Shown: positions 11,266-21,135, counted from the first letter of the stretch. The stretch: DNA of 64,000 nucleotides from Thiomicrorhabdus sp. (GCF_041583835.1 NZ_JBFHFC010000001.1:151524-215523); one strand, 5' to 3'. Numbers and translations: made by a program. The notes: generated by a model from the letters alone, not told the origin.

Positions 11266-12243
11266 TTAATTATCAGGAGAGCAGATCTTATTGTTCGCTA
11301 CCCCAATCAACGTCTTATAAAACAGCCAAACAATCATCACCGCCAAACCAGCCATGATAAGTGCACCTATCCATAAATAACCGTTACTATGTAAAGCGTT
11401 GCCCATCACCAAAGAAGAGATCGCCATTGCCGCCAATGGGAACGTATAAGCCCACCAGGATAAAGCAAAATTCAATTTCCGGAATTTATTGATCGAAAAC
11501 AGTAAAAACAAGGTAAAGAATAACGCGAAGAAATAAAGGATACGGGCAAAGGCATCGACTTCGCCGTGATTCAACGCCATATACGAGACACAACCGACGG
11601 CTGGCGGAGCGATGAAAATAAACAAAGTCGGCATCAATTTATCGGGAATAGGCGGATGAAAAATCAAACGGTATAACAAAACGGATTTCAACAGAGGCCA
11701 GAACACGATTCCGATTGCAAAAAAGAACCAACTAATGTCCTCAGGTACGTGTTGAACCCCTGCAATCGGTACAACGATATTCCCTACGATGGGAATAAAC
11801 CATGCCGGATTGGAATGCTCGATTTTGAAAAAGTCGTGATATATCCAATTATACAACAGCCACAAGGTCAATACCAACTGAAGTGAAGCTCCCAACAACC
11901 AAAGATTGAATGACGTTTTAACTTGCTCCAATTCCCAGAACGCGGCGCTCAGCAAAAGCAAACTAATTGAAATGGTAGGGATAAAATTCATTTTAATCGG
12001 ATGGCGCATTTCCGCCCAAAACGCGTCTTTGAAACGCAAAATCTTATAGAGGTAACTAGCCAAGAGCACCGCGAACAATACCACTGAAAACATCAGTATG
12101 GCTTCTCCTGCCACCAAACTCCACGCAAACATGGCATCCGAATTGATTAACGCAATGCTCAACCCGACAATGCCCATGACCATGCCGAAAAAACTGGCGG
12201 GAAAATACTGTAACTTCTGCAATCCCGAATTTGATTGACTCAT
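11266..12243 (-). CDS. TehA/TDT (SLAC1-type) anion channel family protein, paralogue 1
   Basis: 10-TM-like protein with the motifs YRLIFHPPIP, LFIFIAPPAVG and WWAYTFPLAA. The ATG at 12243 is preceded by GGAGAGG. The ORF-track start at 12318 is probably too long. Confidence 0.8.
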   Translation of the reverse strand: MSQSNSGLQKLQYFPASFFGMVMGIVGLSIALINSDAMFAWSLVAGEAILMFSVVLFAVLLASYLYKILRFKDAFWAEMRHPIKMNFIPTISISLLLLSAAFWELEQVKTSFNLWLLGASLQLVLTLWLLYNWIYHDFFKIEHSNPAWFIPIVGNIVVPIAGVQHVPEDISWFFFAIGIVFWPLLKSVLLYRLIFHPPIPDKLMPTLFIFIAPPAVGCVSYMALNHGEVDAFARILYFFALFFTLFLLFSINKFRKLNFALSWWAYTFPLAAMAISSLVMGNALHSNGYLWIGALIMAGLAVMIVWLFYKTLIGVANNKICSPDN

Positions 12244-12422
12244 GAAATACCTCTCCAAGATCTTATAATTTAAAAGAATTAAGAAGATTATATTCGAAAA
12301 TCCAACGGGTATGGGCAAGGTGCTCGAAAAGACAAATAGGAGAGGGATTAAAGAAGCGAACCCCGTTCAGGTCAACTGAACACAGTTAATAACCCGGACG
12401 GGAAATCTGCTTAAAGATTAAT

Positions 12423-14183
12423 TCAACTTTTTTGCATCCACTGCAAACGTAACTGCAACTGAGTACGCCCGCCAAAATGATTTAAGCTGGGCTGATAGAC
12501 ACACGTTACACGATCTCTGGGTCGGTAAGGCAAAATCTCTTCTTCATGCTGCTTGGCGTTAAAGTAAATCGCTTGTAAAGTTTTACCGGTCGGAGTACGT
12601 AACCGGCATGACAGATGGGTTTTCGTGTGACCGACTTCTTTAAGTTGGACGATTTCAAACTCACCCGAAAAGCTCGGTTGTGGCCATTCCCGTCCGTAAG
12701 GTTCCAATAAAGCCAAATGCTCAATCAACTCAGGAACCAACTCGTGATCGTCTAGTTGACCATCGGTTTCCAACAACGGTACCGGCGGGGTGTCACCAAG
12801 TTGATTCTGAACGGCTTGCTCGAAAAGTTCCGCAAACACCGGGTATTTTTCAATCGGAATCATGCAACCGGCGGCCCCTTTATGACCACCCATTGAACGA
12901 AACAAATCCCCGTCCTGTTCGGACATCCACTGAAATGCATCCCGGAGATCGACGTCTGTGACGATGGCACGCCCGCTACCTGCAAGATAACCGTCCTCCA
13001 AATCGGTCAGGATCACCGTAGGCAAGCCAAACCGTTCGCCGATCCGAGTAGCTATAATCCCCTGAATACCGGCATTGCCTTGGAGTGCAACGGCTAAACT
13101 GTATTTTTGATTATGATACAAACCGCTCGCTTTTTGCTGGGCGTTTTCCAACATCACCTGCTGTTGACTGCGTCTATCCTGATTATCCGCATCCAACTGA
13201 TCCAGATAATGCTTGGCTTCGTCCACTGTCTGGGCCGTTAAAAAATGGTAAGCCGTGGTTACATCGCTGACACGGCTAGCTGCGTTGATACGGGTTGCAA
13301 CTTGAAATGCCAAGTACTCGGCATTAAAAGGTGCACCCTGATTATCTTTCAGCTGCTGCATCGCCAACCAGGTGGGTTGATCGAACTGATTGATGAATTG
13401 TAATCCCGCACTCACGATTGCACGGTTATTGGGGCTTTTCAAGCTCACACTATCGGCAATCGTTCCTAGCGCCACATTCATCGACAAGGCTTTTAGAGTA
13501 GGGCTGTCGGGCGTTAAATAACCGCGCTGCACCAATACTTGTCGTACCTGGGTCATCACCAGAAAAATTACGAAACAACCTGCAATGGTTTTATCGTACT
13601 CGCAGCCTTCCTGTTGCGGGTTTACCGTACACACCGCACTCGGAGGCACACCCTCTACCGGCATCTGGTGATGGTCGGTAACGCAAACATCAATACCGGC
13701 TTGTCGTAAACGCTGTATCCTCGGTTCATCACTGGAACCCTGATCCGCCGAAATCACCAATGCAATCGGCTCTTCAATCGCAAGAATACGCTCACAGACC
13801 TCATCGGTGATGCCGTAACCTGTTTTTCGATCGCCAATCACATGAACGACACGCTCGAGCGGCACCTTAAAAAATTCAACCAATGCCGTCACCGCAACCC
13901 ATGCTGATGTAACGCCGTCGGTATCGTAATCCGTCGCCAATACAATGGCACCCTCGGACTGAATGGCATCGGCAATTAGCTGTGCGGCCTGTTGAGAGTT
14001 TTTTAACGCGTTGGGATGTTGAATGTGTTTTAATTTAGGAAAAACCGTTTCCGACAACTGTTCGTTGCTATCGGTACGTTGTGCAACCAATCTGGCTTGA
14101 ATATCCGACAACCCTAATTCTTTACAAGCTGAATAGACCTCGGACGAAAACGGACGTTGAACAATTTTAGGTGTTTTAATCAT
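12423..14183 (-). CDS. recJ: Single-stranded-DNA-specific exonuclease RecJ
   Basis: DHH motifs (ATDYDTDGVTS, VTDHH) and DHHA1 (GGHKGAAG). 586 aa. Confidence 0.93.
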   Translation of the reverse strand: MIKTPKIVQRPFSSEVYSACKELGLSDIQARLVAQRTDSNEQLSETVFPKLKHIQHPNALKNSQQAAQLIADAIQSEGAIVLATDYDTDGVTSAWVAVTALVEFFKVPLERVVHVIGDRKTGYGITDEVCERILAIEEPIALVISADQGSSDEPRIQRLRQAGIDVCVTDHHQMPVEGVPPSAVCTVNPQQEGCEYDKTIAGCFVIFLVMTQVRQVLVQRGYLTPDSPTLKALSMNVALGTIADSVSLKSPNNRAIVSAGLQFINQFDQPTWLAMQQLKDNQGAPFNAEYLAFQVATRINAASRVSDVTTAYHFLTAQTVDEAKHYLDQLDADNQDRRSQQQVMLENAQQKASGLYHNQKYSLAVALQGNAGIQGIIATRIGERFGLPTVILTDLEDGYLAGSGRAIVTDVDLRDAFQWMSEQDGDLFRSMGGHKGAAGCMIPIEKYPVFAELFEQAVQNQLGDTPPVPLLETDGQLDDHELVPELIEHLALLEPYGREWPQPSFSGEFEIVQLKEVGHTKTHLSCRLRTPTGKTLQAIYFNAKQHEEEILPYRPRDRVTCVYQPSLNHFGGRTQLQLRLQWMQKS

Positions 14184-14200
14184 AAGGAAATTTTAACAGA

Positions 14201-14839
14201 ATGCGGCAGTGCAATGGCGTCTATCTACACGGCTTTTTAAGCAGCGGAAACAGTCAGAAAGGGCAGTGGTTCAAACGTCAATTACAAGACGTTTCCTTAT
14301 TTACGCATTCAAACTTATCTTGCCGGCTCATGACGCCGACCTATCCGATGCAAAACCCGACACAGAGTATCGATTACTTAACAAACTATCTATACGAAAC
14401 GGGGCTTCCGGATTCCAAACAACCCTGGTTTTTAATGGGCTCTTCGATGGGCGGCTTTTATGCCCAGTATCTTGCGCAGCAGTTCCGGGTACCTTACATC
14501 ATGATCAATCCGGCGCTTGATCCAAGCAGTTTGTTTAACGATTATCTGGGCGAACATCGAAATCCACATACCGATGAACTTATCTTGATCGATCAATCCT
14601 ACCGCAATGCGTTGTCCGGTTATTACGCCGAACCGGTTCCCGATATAGAAAGCCTGCTTCTTCTGGATAAGGGAGACGAAGTGATCCCTTATCAACAGGC
14701 ATTAGATACCTATCGAACAGGCGATAAAAAACATAGAACGATTGTTTTCGAAAACGGCAGTCATGCTTTTGAACATTGCCAGGAAGCCATGTCTGATGTC
14801 ATTGAATTTATCAATCAGGCCGTATTGAAAGAAGGGTAG
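14201..14839 (+). CDS. YqiA/YcfP-like alpha/beta-hydrolase esterase
   Basis: VYLHGFLSS oxyanion region and the GSSMGG nucleophile elbow. About 210 aa. Confidence 0.7.
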   Translation: MRQCNGVYLHGFLSSGNSQKGQWFKRQLQDVSLFTHSNLSCRLMTPTYPMQNPTQSIDYLTNYLYETGLPDSKQPWFLMGSSMGGFYAQYLAQQFRVPYIMINPALDPSSLFNDYLGEHRNPHTDELILIDQSYRNALSGYYAEPVPDIESLLLLDKGDEVIPYQQALDTYRTGDKKHRTIVFENGSHAFEHCQEAMSDVIEFINQAVLKEG

Positions 14840-14885
14840 AAGATAAAAGGTGAAACCCGCGATCCCAGGTTCGGTAACTACAATA

Positions 14886-15107
14886 TTACGCCATCACGTC
14901 CAATAGAGTACCAATCATACCGTCATAGGTTTTAAGCGCTTTCGTAGAAGCTTGAACTTGCTTTTCAACCTGGGTATTGTCTACCAACGCTTCGACTTGC
15001 TGACCACTTTGCGGGTTTACGATTTTCTGGGTATTGTCCGCTAGGCGTTCAAACCCTTTATTAATACCGCCTACCGCTATTGCCGCCGGATTGTTTTGAA
15101 TATTCAT
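14886..15107 (-). CDS. Small protein with a flagellar-rod C-terminal-like heptad motif
   Basis: 73 aa. The C-terminus EALVDNTQVEKQVQASTKALKTYDGMIGTLLDV resembles the E.LVN.I..QR.Y.AN.K.I.T.D.ML.TL..L tail of FlgB/C/F/G/E proteins, or a YjfB-like small protein. Confidence 0.4.
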   Translation of the reverse strand: MNIQNNPAAIAVGGINKGFERLADNTQKIVNPQSGQQVEALVDNTQVEKQVQASTKALKTYDGMIGTLLDVMA

Positions 15108-15137
15108 CTGTTTTTACCGTCAGGTTTCGTACTTGAT

Positions 15138-15722
15138 TTAATTTTGGCCAATTTGAGCAACTTCATAAGATGATTGGGTTTTTACCGTGTATTCAACGAA
15201 TACATTCCCCAAACTTTCTCCACCTTCACGATCGACCACAACCTTTATATTATCATCTTCCCAGCGATAACTGGAATACGTCATAGTGCCTCCCCAACCT
15301 TTCTTCTCGACCTGCATCGGTTGACCGATTTCGGGAATCAATTCCAATGCGACATCCCTTGTTGAAATAGCACTACGTCGGTTACTATTTTCAATTGAGT
15401 AAGGGCGGAAAAGTCTTCTCACAGACGTGATATTTCCGGCATTATTGTAACGAAACTCAACATAATAACTGTCGCGGATACGCGACCAAGTAAAAAACTT
15501 GTCAATGTTACGCTGTCGAACGGTGGAACGCGCCTGCTGAAAGCCGCCAATATCCCATAAATGCTTACGTACAACATTCAAATCGGCCGAAGAGAGCTGA
15601 AGCCCAAGAAGTTTCACCTTGCTCAGGTCACGAGCCGCTTCCGGTTCAGCGGCATTGGCCGACGATATTGATGTCGCCGTCAACATGCAAAAAACCAACG
15701 CTGTTATCAACTGTCGACGCAT
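15138..15722 (-). CDS. Secreted hypothetical protein
   Basis: Signal peptide ending ISSANA|AEPE. No motif I recognise. Confidence 0.5.
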   Translation of the reverse strand: MRRQLITALVFCMLTATSISSANAAEPEAARDLSKVKLLGLQLSSADLNVVRKHLWDIGGFQQARSTVRQRNIDKFFTWSRIRDSYYVEFRYNNAGNITSVRRLFRPYSIENSNRRSAISTRDVALELIPEIGQPMQVEKKGWGGTMTYSSYRWEDDNIKVVVDREGGESLGNVFVEYTVKTQSSYEVAQIGQN

Positions 15723-15783
15723 AATGTTTTGTTACCTAATTAACCGAAAATAATTCGTCAAAACTGAATGTCAGTTTTGTTTA

Positions 15784-17379
15784 TCAGGTTATCGGCAGTT
15801 GCAGAAATTCTTGAATTTGATTTTGAGGAAAATGCTTTCGCAAAGCTTCGGCAGACAACGTTAATGCCCGTTCCACATCAAGTGGTGGTTCGAGATACTG
15901 TAACTGACGTTGCATCACGTTTTCGTCGGCATCGGAAGGGCTGTGATTCTCAAGAGTGCGCTGTCGTATAGCGGTTAAGGCCGTATCGATATCGGTTTCG
16001 ATATAAATCAAAAAAGGGTCGCAACCAAGTTCACGGGCCATCTCTAAAAAAGGAGCTCGATGTTCCGCTTTCAAAAAAGTGGCATCAACAATAACCGAAC
16101 GTTGCTTTAGGAGGTTCTTCGCCAACTGCAACAACCTATCGTAGGTCTTACGGCTCATATCAACGGAATATAGTGCCGCCTTTTCTTCATCCGAAACCCG
16201 AGTGGTAGGGGAGATACCATAGAGGCGTTTTCTTTCGATATCCGAACTGATAACCAAAGCATCCAACTCGTTAAGAAGCTGCTCTGCAAAATGACTCTTA
16301 CCCGAGCCGGACACTCCTTGCAAGACAATCAACTTGTTACTATGTGGAGCAAAAGCGTAACCTTCAGCCTGTTCAATATACTGCAAGGTAATCTTTCTAT
16401 AGTGTTGATATTCAATGGTATTCTGTGGAATCTGCCGAAGTCTCAATGCAGAAATCTTAGCGCGCACCAATGCCCGATAGACTTGATAGAAACGTAAAAG
16501 TTTCACGGCTTCATAATCACCGGTCAGACTGAGATAATCGTTCAGAATACGTCTTCTTAAGGCCTGTCTATCCCGAAAATCCAGATCGATCAATAAAAAA
16601 GCCAAATCGCTGATAACATCAATCCAACGAAATTCGTCGTTAAATTCAATGCCGTCAAACAGCGTAGGGCGATCGTCTATCAGAGTGATATTATCCAAAT
16701 GCAAATCGCCGTGACACTCGCGCACATAACCGTCTTTTTTGCGTTTAATCAAATCAGGCTTCAGATCGGCATAACGTTGGTGCGTCCAATCGAGTAGATT
16801 TTCCAAGCGGTATTTATATTCAGAAGTGCAATATTCCAATAGCGTTGGAAAGTTATCCAACATCGGCTGCAAAATGGTCGCCGGCTCACCTAAATGAGAG
16901 TTGTTATCCACCTGGTGCGCATTTAAATGCAACTGACCGATCTGCTTGGCAAGTTGCTTTTCTTGCTGTGAAGTTAAATCGTTATCCTGTAAATAACGCC
17001 CTAAAACGCCATTCGGATCGAATTGATTCATTTTAAGGAGGTACTCGATCGGTTCGGCCGGTTGTGTGACCGCTTTATCCGCTTCAAACGTTACCTGTCG
17101 ATCCGCCGTCAAGTAAAGCGGCACCACATCAAGATAGAGATTAGGTGCGGTACGTTGGTTTAAACGCAACTCCTGTTCGCAAAACTTTTTACGTGCGCTT
17201 AGGCGGGTAAAATCCAAAAAACCGAAATCGACCGGTTTTTTAAGTTTATAGGCGTATGGGCCAGTCAAAAAAACCACAGAAATATGGGTTTCGATGGTTG
17301 TAATAACTTCAACGGAGTGGGGATAGCTATCTGGCAAACACAGACTGTCAATAAGTTGTTCTGTATTCAAAATAGGCAC
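15784..17379 (-). CDS. Fusion protein: aminoglycoside-phosphotransferase-like kinase domain + P-loop (AAA_33-type) kinase domain
   Basis: The HGDLHLDNITL catalytic loop and DGIEFND lie in the N-terminal two thirds. The Walker A GVSGSGKSHF lies in the C-terminal third. Confidence 0.7.
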   Translation of the reverse strand: MPILNTEQLIDSLCLPDSYPHSVEVITTIETHISVVFLTGPYAYKLKKPVDFGFLDFTRLSARKKFCEQELRLNQRTAPNLYLDVVPLYLTADRQVTFEADKAVTQPAEPIEYLLKMNQFDPNGVLGRYLQDNDLTSQQEKQLAKQIGQLHLNAHQVDNNSHLGEPATILQPMLDNFPTLLEYCTSEYKYRLENLLDWTHQRYADLKPDLIKRKKDGYVRECHGDLHLDNITLIDDRPTLFDGIEFNDEFRWIDVISDLAFLLIDLDFRDRQALRRRILNDYLSLTGDYEAVKLLRFYQVYRALVRAKISALRLRQIPQNTIEYQHYRKITLQYIEQAEGYAFAPHSNKLIVLQGVSGSGKSHFAEQLLNELDALVISSDIERKRLYGISPTTRVSDEEKAALYSVDMSRKTYDRLLQLAKNLLKQRSVIVDATFLKAEHRAPFLEMARELGCDPFLIYIETDIDTALTAIRQRTLENHSPSDADENVMQRQLQYLEPPLDVERALTLSAEALRKHFPQNQIQEFLQLPIT

Positions 17380-17403
17380 TTTATTAGAAGATTAAATAAA
17401 AAA

Positions 17404-17434
17404 GCCAAGTGACATGACTTGGCTTATCAAGAAC
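17404..17434 (-). terminator. Rho-independent terminator after dksA
   Basis: Perfect 9-bp stem aagccaagt/acttggctt, followed on the minus strand by TTTTATTT. Confidence 0.8.
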
Positions 17435-17451
17435 GTCGTTACCGAAACCGA

Positions 17452-17880
17452 TTAGGCAACGCCTTGCTTCTCACGAATTTCTTGTTTACGTTTCATTTCA
17501 ACCGTTAATGTCGCAGTAGGGCGGGCTTCCATACGTGCCAAACCAATTTCCTCACCACTCATTTTGCAAAAACCGTACTCACCGCTTTCAATGTCTTTTA
17601 GAGACTTGTCGATTTTAGCAATCAATTTTCTTTCACGATCACGCGTACGAAGTTCTAAAGCAAACTCTTCTTCCTGAGAAGCACGATCGTTAGGATCCGC
17701 AGGAGTTTCAGAATCTTTTTGCAAATGAGAAACCGTTGAGTTAGCTTCTTCAATCAATTGCATCTTCCATGCAAGCAGTTTTTTTCTAAAATGCTCCAAC
17801 ATGTTAGGACTCATGTATTCTTCACCTTCTTCTGGCTGATAGGCTGGGTAGTCCTCAATAAAGTCTGTCTGAATATCCAT
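17452..17880 (-). CDS. dksA: RNA polymerase-binding transcription factor DksA (zinc-finger cysteines largely missing)
   Basis: Aligns along its whole length with E. coli DksA, including the coiled-coil tip DPNDRASQEEEF. See the finding on the C4 motif. Confidence 0.9.
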   Translation of the reverse strand: MDIQTDFIEDYPAYQPEEGEEYMSPNMLEHFRKKLLAWKMQLIEEANSTVSHLQKDSETPADPNDRASQEEEFALELRTRDRERKLIAKIDKSLKDIESGEYGFCKMSGEEIGLARMEARPTATLTVEMKRKQEIREKQGVA

Positions 17881-18174
17881 CTTTTTTCTCCCAAAAAGAC
17901 GAGGTCTTTTTGTCGTATTAGTTTATCTATTTATTTTGTTTTAGACTTTTAATAAAAATTATGAAAATCGAGGAACGGCTTTTCATAGTCTTATTAAAAA
18001 TAATCCTAACCGCATTTTATAGCAGGTTTCGAAAGGCTCAACAAGCAAATTTTTTTGTATGCAATCTTAAAAAGTCTTAATTTCTGGAATTAAAAACTTG
18101 TATTACTTGATATTCGACCCTATATCTATCAGAATTCTTTACCAATTTTATCAAGTACTAGGGGAACAATCCTT

Positions 18175-18936
18175 ATGGCAACTTTACAAGCACTACTATT
18201 TGACGTCGACGGTACCTTAGCGGACACCGAAAAAGACGGACATCGCGTAGCATTCAACTTGGCTTTCGAGAAGGCTGGGTTAGACTGGAACTGGGATGAA
18301 TCCCTTTACGGTGAATTGCTTGCCGTTACCGGCGGAAAAGAGCGCATTCGTTTTTATCTGGATAAATTCAATACCGACTTTGAAAAACCTGAAAACTTCG
18401 ACGAATTTGTAAAAGGGCTTCACGAGTCTAAAACTGACTTCTACACCAAATTACTGGGAGAAGGGGCGATTCCTCTGCGTCCGGGTGTTGAACGTTTGAT
18501 CAACGAAGCACGTGAAAGCGGCATGCGCATGGCGGTAGTCACCACAACAACTCCGGCTAACGTTACCGCACTTTTGGAAAGCACTTTAGGACCGGATTCC
18601 GAAAGCTGGTTTGAAGTTATTGCAGCGGGTGATATCGTTCCGGCTAAAAAACCGGCACCGGACATTTACGACTGGGCCTTAGAACAAATGAACTTAAAAC
18701 CGGAAGAAGCGATCGCGTTTGAAGATTCTGCAAACGGTATTAAATCTTCAACGGGTGCAAACGTTAAGACCATCATTACGATTAACGACTACACTCAAGA
18801 AGACGATTTCAGCGATGCGGATTTAGTACTGGATCACATGGGTGAAGAAAATCTTGCGTTTGAAGTTATCGCCGGCGATCACCATGGCCATGACTACCTT
18901 GATTTGGAATTAGTCAAAAAAGTACACGCGAATTAA
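18175..18936 (+). CDS. cbbY: CbbY-type HAD phosphatase
   Basis: LLFDVDGTLADTEKDGHRVAFNLAF ... TGGKERI matches CbbY N-terminal blocks. HAD motifs are present. Confidence 0.8.
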   Translation: MATLQALLFDVDGTLADTEKDGHRVAFNLAFEKAGLDWNWDESLYGELLAVTGGKERIRFYLDKFNTDFEKPENFDEFVKGLHESKTDFYTKLLGEGAIPLRPGVERLINEARESGMRMAVVTTTTPANVTALLESTLGPDSESWFEVIAAGDIVPAKKPAPDIYDWALEQMNLKPEEAIAFEDSANGIKSSTGANVKTIITINDYTQEDDFSDADLVLDHMGEENLAFEVIAGDHHGHDYLDLELVKKVHAN

Positions 18937-18957
18937 ATTTGCGTTGTAACCATTATT

Positions 18958-18985
18958 GCAAAATCACCTAAGATGGTGATTTTGC
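18958..18985. terminator. 10-bp perfect hairpin between convergent cbbY and hopJ-like genes
   Basis: gcaaaatcac / gtgattttgc with an 8-nt loop. No clear U-tract on either strand. Confidence 0.4.
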
Positions 18986-19065
18986 TACCTTTAACCAAAA
19001 TCCTCTTCAACCGACCTTGGTTATATCATTGCTTTCAGTAAATTGCGATTAGGACTCAAGCGGTC

Positions 19066-19416
19066 TTATACATTTTTAACTAAAGCCACACCATCAAATT
19101 CAATCCCATTCCAACCCGTTTGCATGAAGTTTCGAATATTCTGATGGTCTTGCCCCTCCGGATGCTGAAGAACGTCCACCGTGTAATAATCTCCAAATGC
19201 GTTCAGCGTTGCTTGCTCGGAAAGCCCGTTTAATTTTGCAAATGCAAAAATCTTACAAGAACCGTTATTCGTATTCGCTTCACTGACCACTCCGCCATTT
19301 GTGAACCGGGTAGGCGTAAACTCATATTCGGCGTCGATCGTTTGCATGACCGTTTCAAACGCCACTGCGCCTTTATTTAAAGATTCAATTAAAGCTTGTG
19401 TGGATAAATGACTCAT
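19066..19416 (-). CDS. HopJ type III effector family protein
   Basis: 116 aa. The NNGSCKIFAFAKLNGLSEQATLNAFGDYY and HPEGQDHQNIRNF blocks are typical of the HopJ family. Confidence 0.7.
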   Translation of the reverse strand: MSHLSTQALIESLNKGAVAFETVMQTIDAEYEFTPTRFTNGGVVSEANTNNGSCKIFAFAKLNGLSEQATLNAFGDYYTVDVLQHPEGQDHQNIRNFMQTGWNGIEFDGVALVKNV

Positions 19417-19445
19417 ACAACATTCCTTTATTTTTTAAGTTCTTA

Positions 19446-20882
19446 TCATTCATGGTTTTTAATATTTTTAAGCAAACGGGTCACCCCAAAAGACGCATCC
19501 AAGGAAATCGGTTTTTGATGATCAACCGGTAAAAACAACTGCCTTAAGTGTTGCCAAATTGCATTCTGCGTTCCGCCTCCGACACTGTAAATTCGTCGCA
19601 AACGGCTTGCTCCCATTTGATGCAGGCGATTATAGCCGAGTTCTTCGATATAGCAGAGACCTTGCAACAACCCAAATAAAAACCGTGCCTTTTCATTCAA
19701 AGTGCTATTTTCGTTAACTGCCGGACCGGGCAATTGCGGCTGCTTTTGACCGTCCGCAATCGGAAATCGCTCTCCCGGGCGGAGAAGGGGGTAATACCGA
19801 TCTGTATAAAAATCCTGGTCGTTAGGTAGATGCAGCTTTTGCAAAGCCAGGATCAGTTGTTTGATTTCTTCAAGTGGAAAAAACTCGAGTAAGACCGCTC
19901 CGCCGGCATTTGAGGCACCGCCAACCAACCAGGAATCTCCCAATCGATGACTGTAAATACCATATTCCGCATTAAAAATCGGTTTATCCGAAATCAATTT
20001 AAGTGCGATAGTTGACCCCAAAGAAGTTACGCCGTCACCAATTTCGGAAGCACCGGAGGCCAAAAAACCAGCAATACTGTCGGTCGTTCCAGCATAGATT
20101 TGCGTTTCGTCCGACAACCCGTAACGTTTCGCTAAATCCGGTTGGATTTTCGCCAAAAACTCGCCGGGGCAAATGACCTTAGGCAGCTTTACCGATATAG
20201 CGTTTTCCTGTGCGGTTTTAACGATCAAATTCTCAACCCAAGCCGGCCAACAACGGTTAATCGAGTCATAGCCTAATTTAAGCGCATTATTTTCGTCGGT
20301 TATGCCGCTCTGGCCCGTCAGCCAGCAATTAATAAAATCGATCTGATGGCAGATCAAAACATCCGAAGATCTAACCGACTTACACTGCGTTGACCGCATT
20401 AAAAAAATGACTTTAGCCAAAGTCGAGCTTGCTCCCAATGCACCGGTTTCGACTCCGGCGCGATTGACCGCTTCGCTGACAAGTTCCGCTTCGTTTCGCG
20501 CCTGTTGATCGTCGTACATCATCGCCCTGGTTAAAGGCTTGCCTTGAACGTCGCAGAGCAATACGGTCGACGAAGTAGCATCCGCAACGATATGCCGGAT
20601 ATTTTTCCAATAGGGAGAAGCTGACATTTTGTCGAATAAACTCGCTAATGCCTCAGACCATAATTCCGCATCCTGCACACTTTGGCGATTTAAGTCGTTT
20701 TTCTCGGGAAACGGTAGTTCCACCTTATCGCTCCACAATTCTCGATGAGAATTCGATGAATTCCTTTCTTTTTCGACTCTTACAGAAACGATACTGCCGC
20801 GTATCCCGCTCGTACCAATATCCAAGCCGAGAATCAATTCATCGAATGCTTCCGTTTGTTGTAAGGTCATATCATCATCCAA
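19446..20882 (-). CDS. FGGY-family carbohydrate kinase
   Basis: LGLDIGTSGIRG phosphate-1 motif and a C-terminal GGG(T)QN-type ATP motif. 478 aa. Confidence 0.75.
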   Translation of the reverse strand: MDDDMTLQQTEAFDELILGLDIGTSGIRGSIVSVRVEKERNSSNSHRELWSDKVELPFPEKNDLNRQSVQDAELWSEALASLFDKMSASPYWKNIRHIVADATSSTVLLCDVQGKPLTRAMMYDDQQARNEAELVSEAVNRAGVETGALGASSTLAKVIFLMRSTQCKSVRSSDVLICHQIDFINCWLTGQSGITDENNALKLGYDSINRCWPAWVENLIVKTAQENAISVKLPKVICPGEFLAKIQPDLAKRYGLSDETQIYAGTTDSIAGFLASGASEIGDGVTSLGSTIALKLISDKPIFNAEYGIYSHRLGDSWLVGGASNAGGAVLLEFFPLEEIKQLILALQKLHLPNDQDFYTDRYYPLLRPGERFPIADGQKQPQLPGPAVNENSTLNEKARFLFGLLQGLCYIEELGYNRLHQMGASRLRRIYSVGGGTQNAIWQHLRQLFLPVDHQKPISLDASFGVTRLLKNIKNHE

Positions 20883-21135
20883 ATTTCAGGGGAAAGGTCG
20901 TACCAAACGTTCAAGCCATTAAAAAAACAGTTACTTTCAAGCGCTTAGCTTTAACCGGAAATAAATCGTTCTAAATAATTGACGGCAGTTTAACAAATCA
21001 TATCGATTGAACCGAATTTTAGCTGACTTTAACTGGAAATTCCGTGCATATAAAAGGTACAATCTTAAATTATTTAATACATCTCATCCCGTTTCGAGAG
21101 CAATTGATTAAGACGCATATTTTGGAGCCGTTTTC

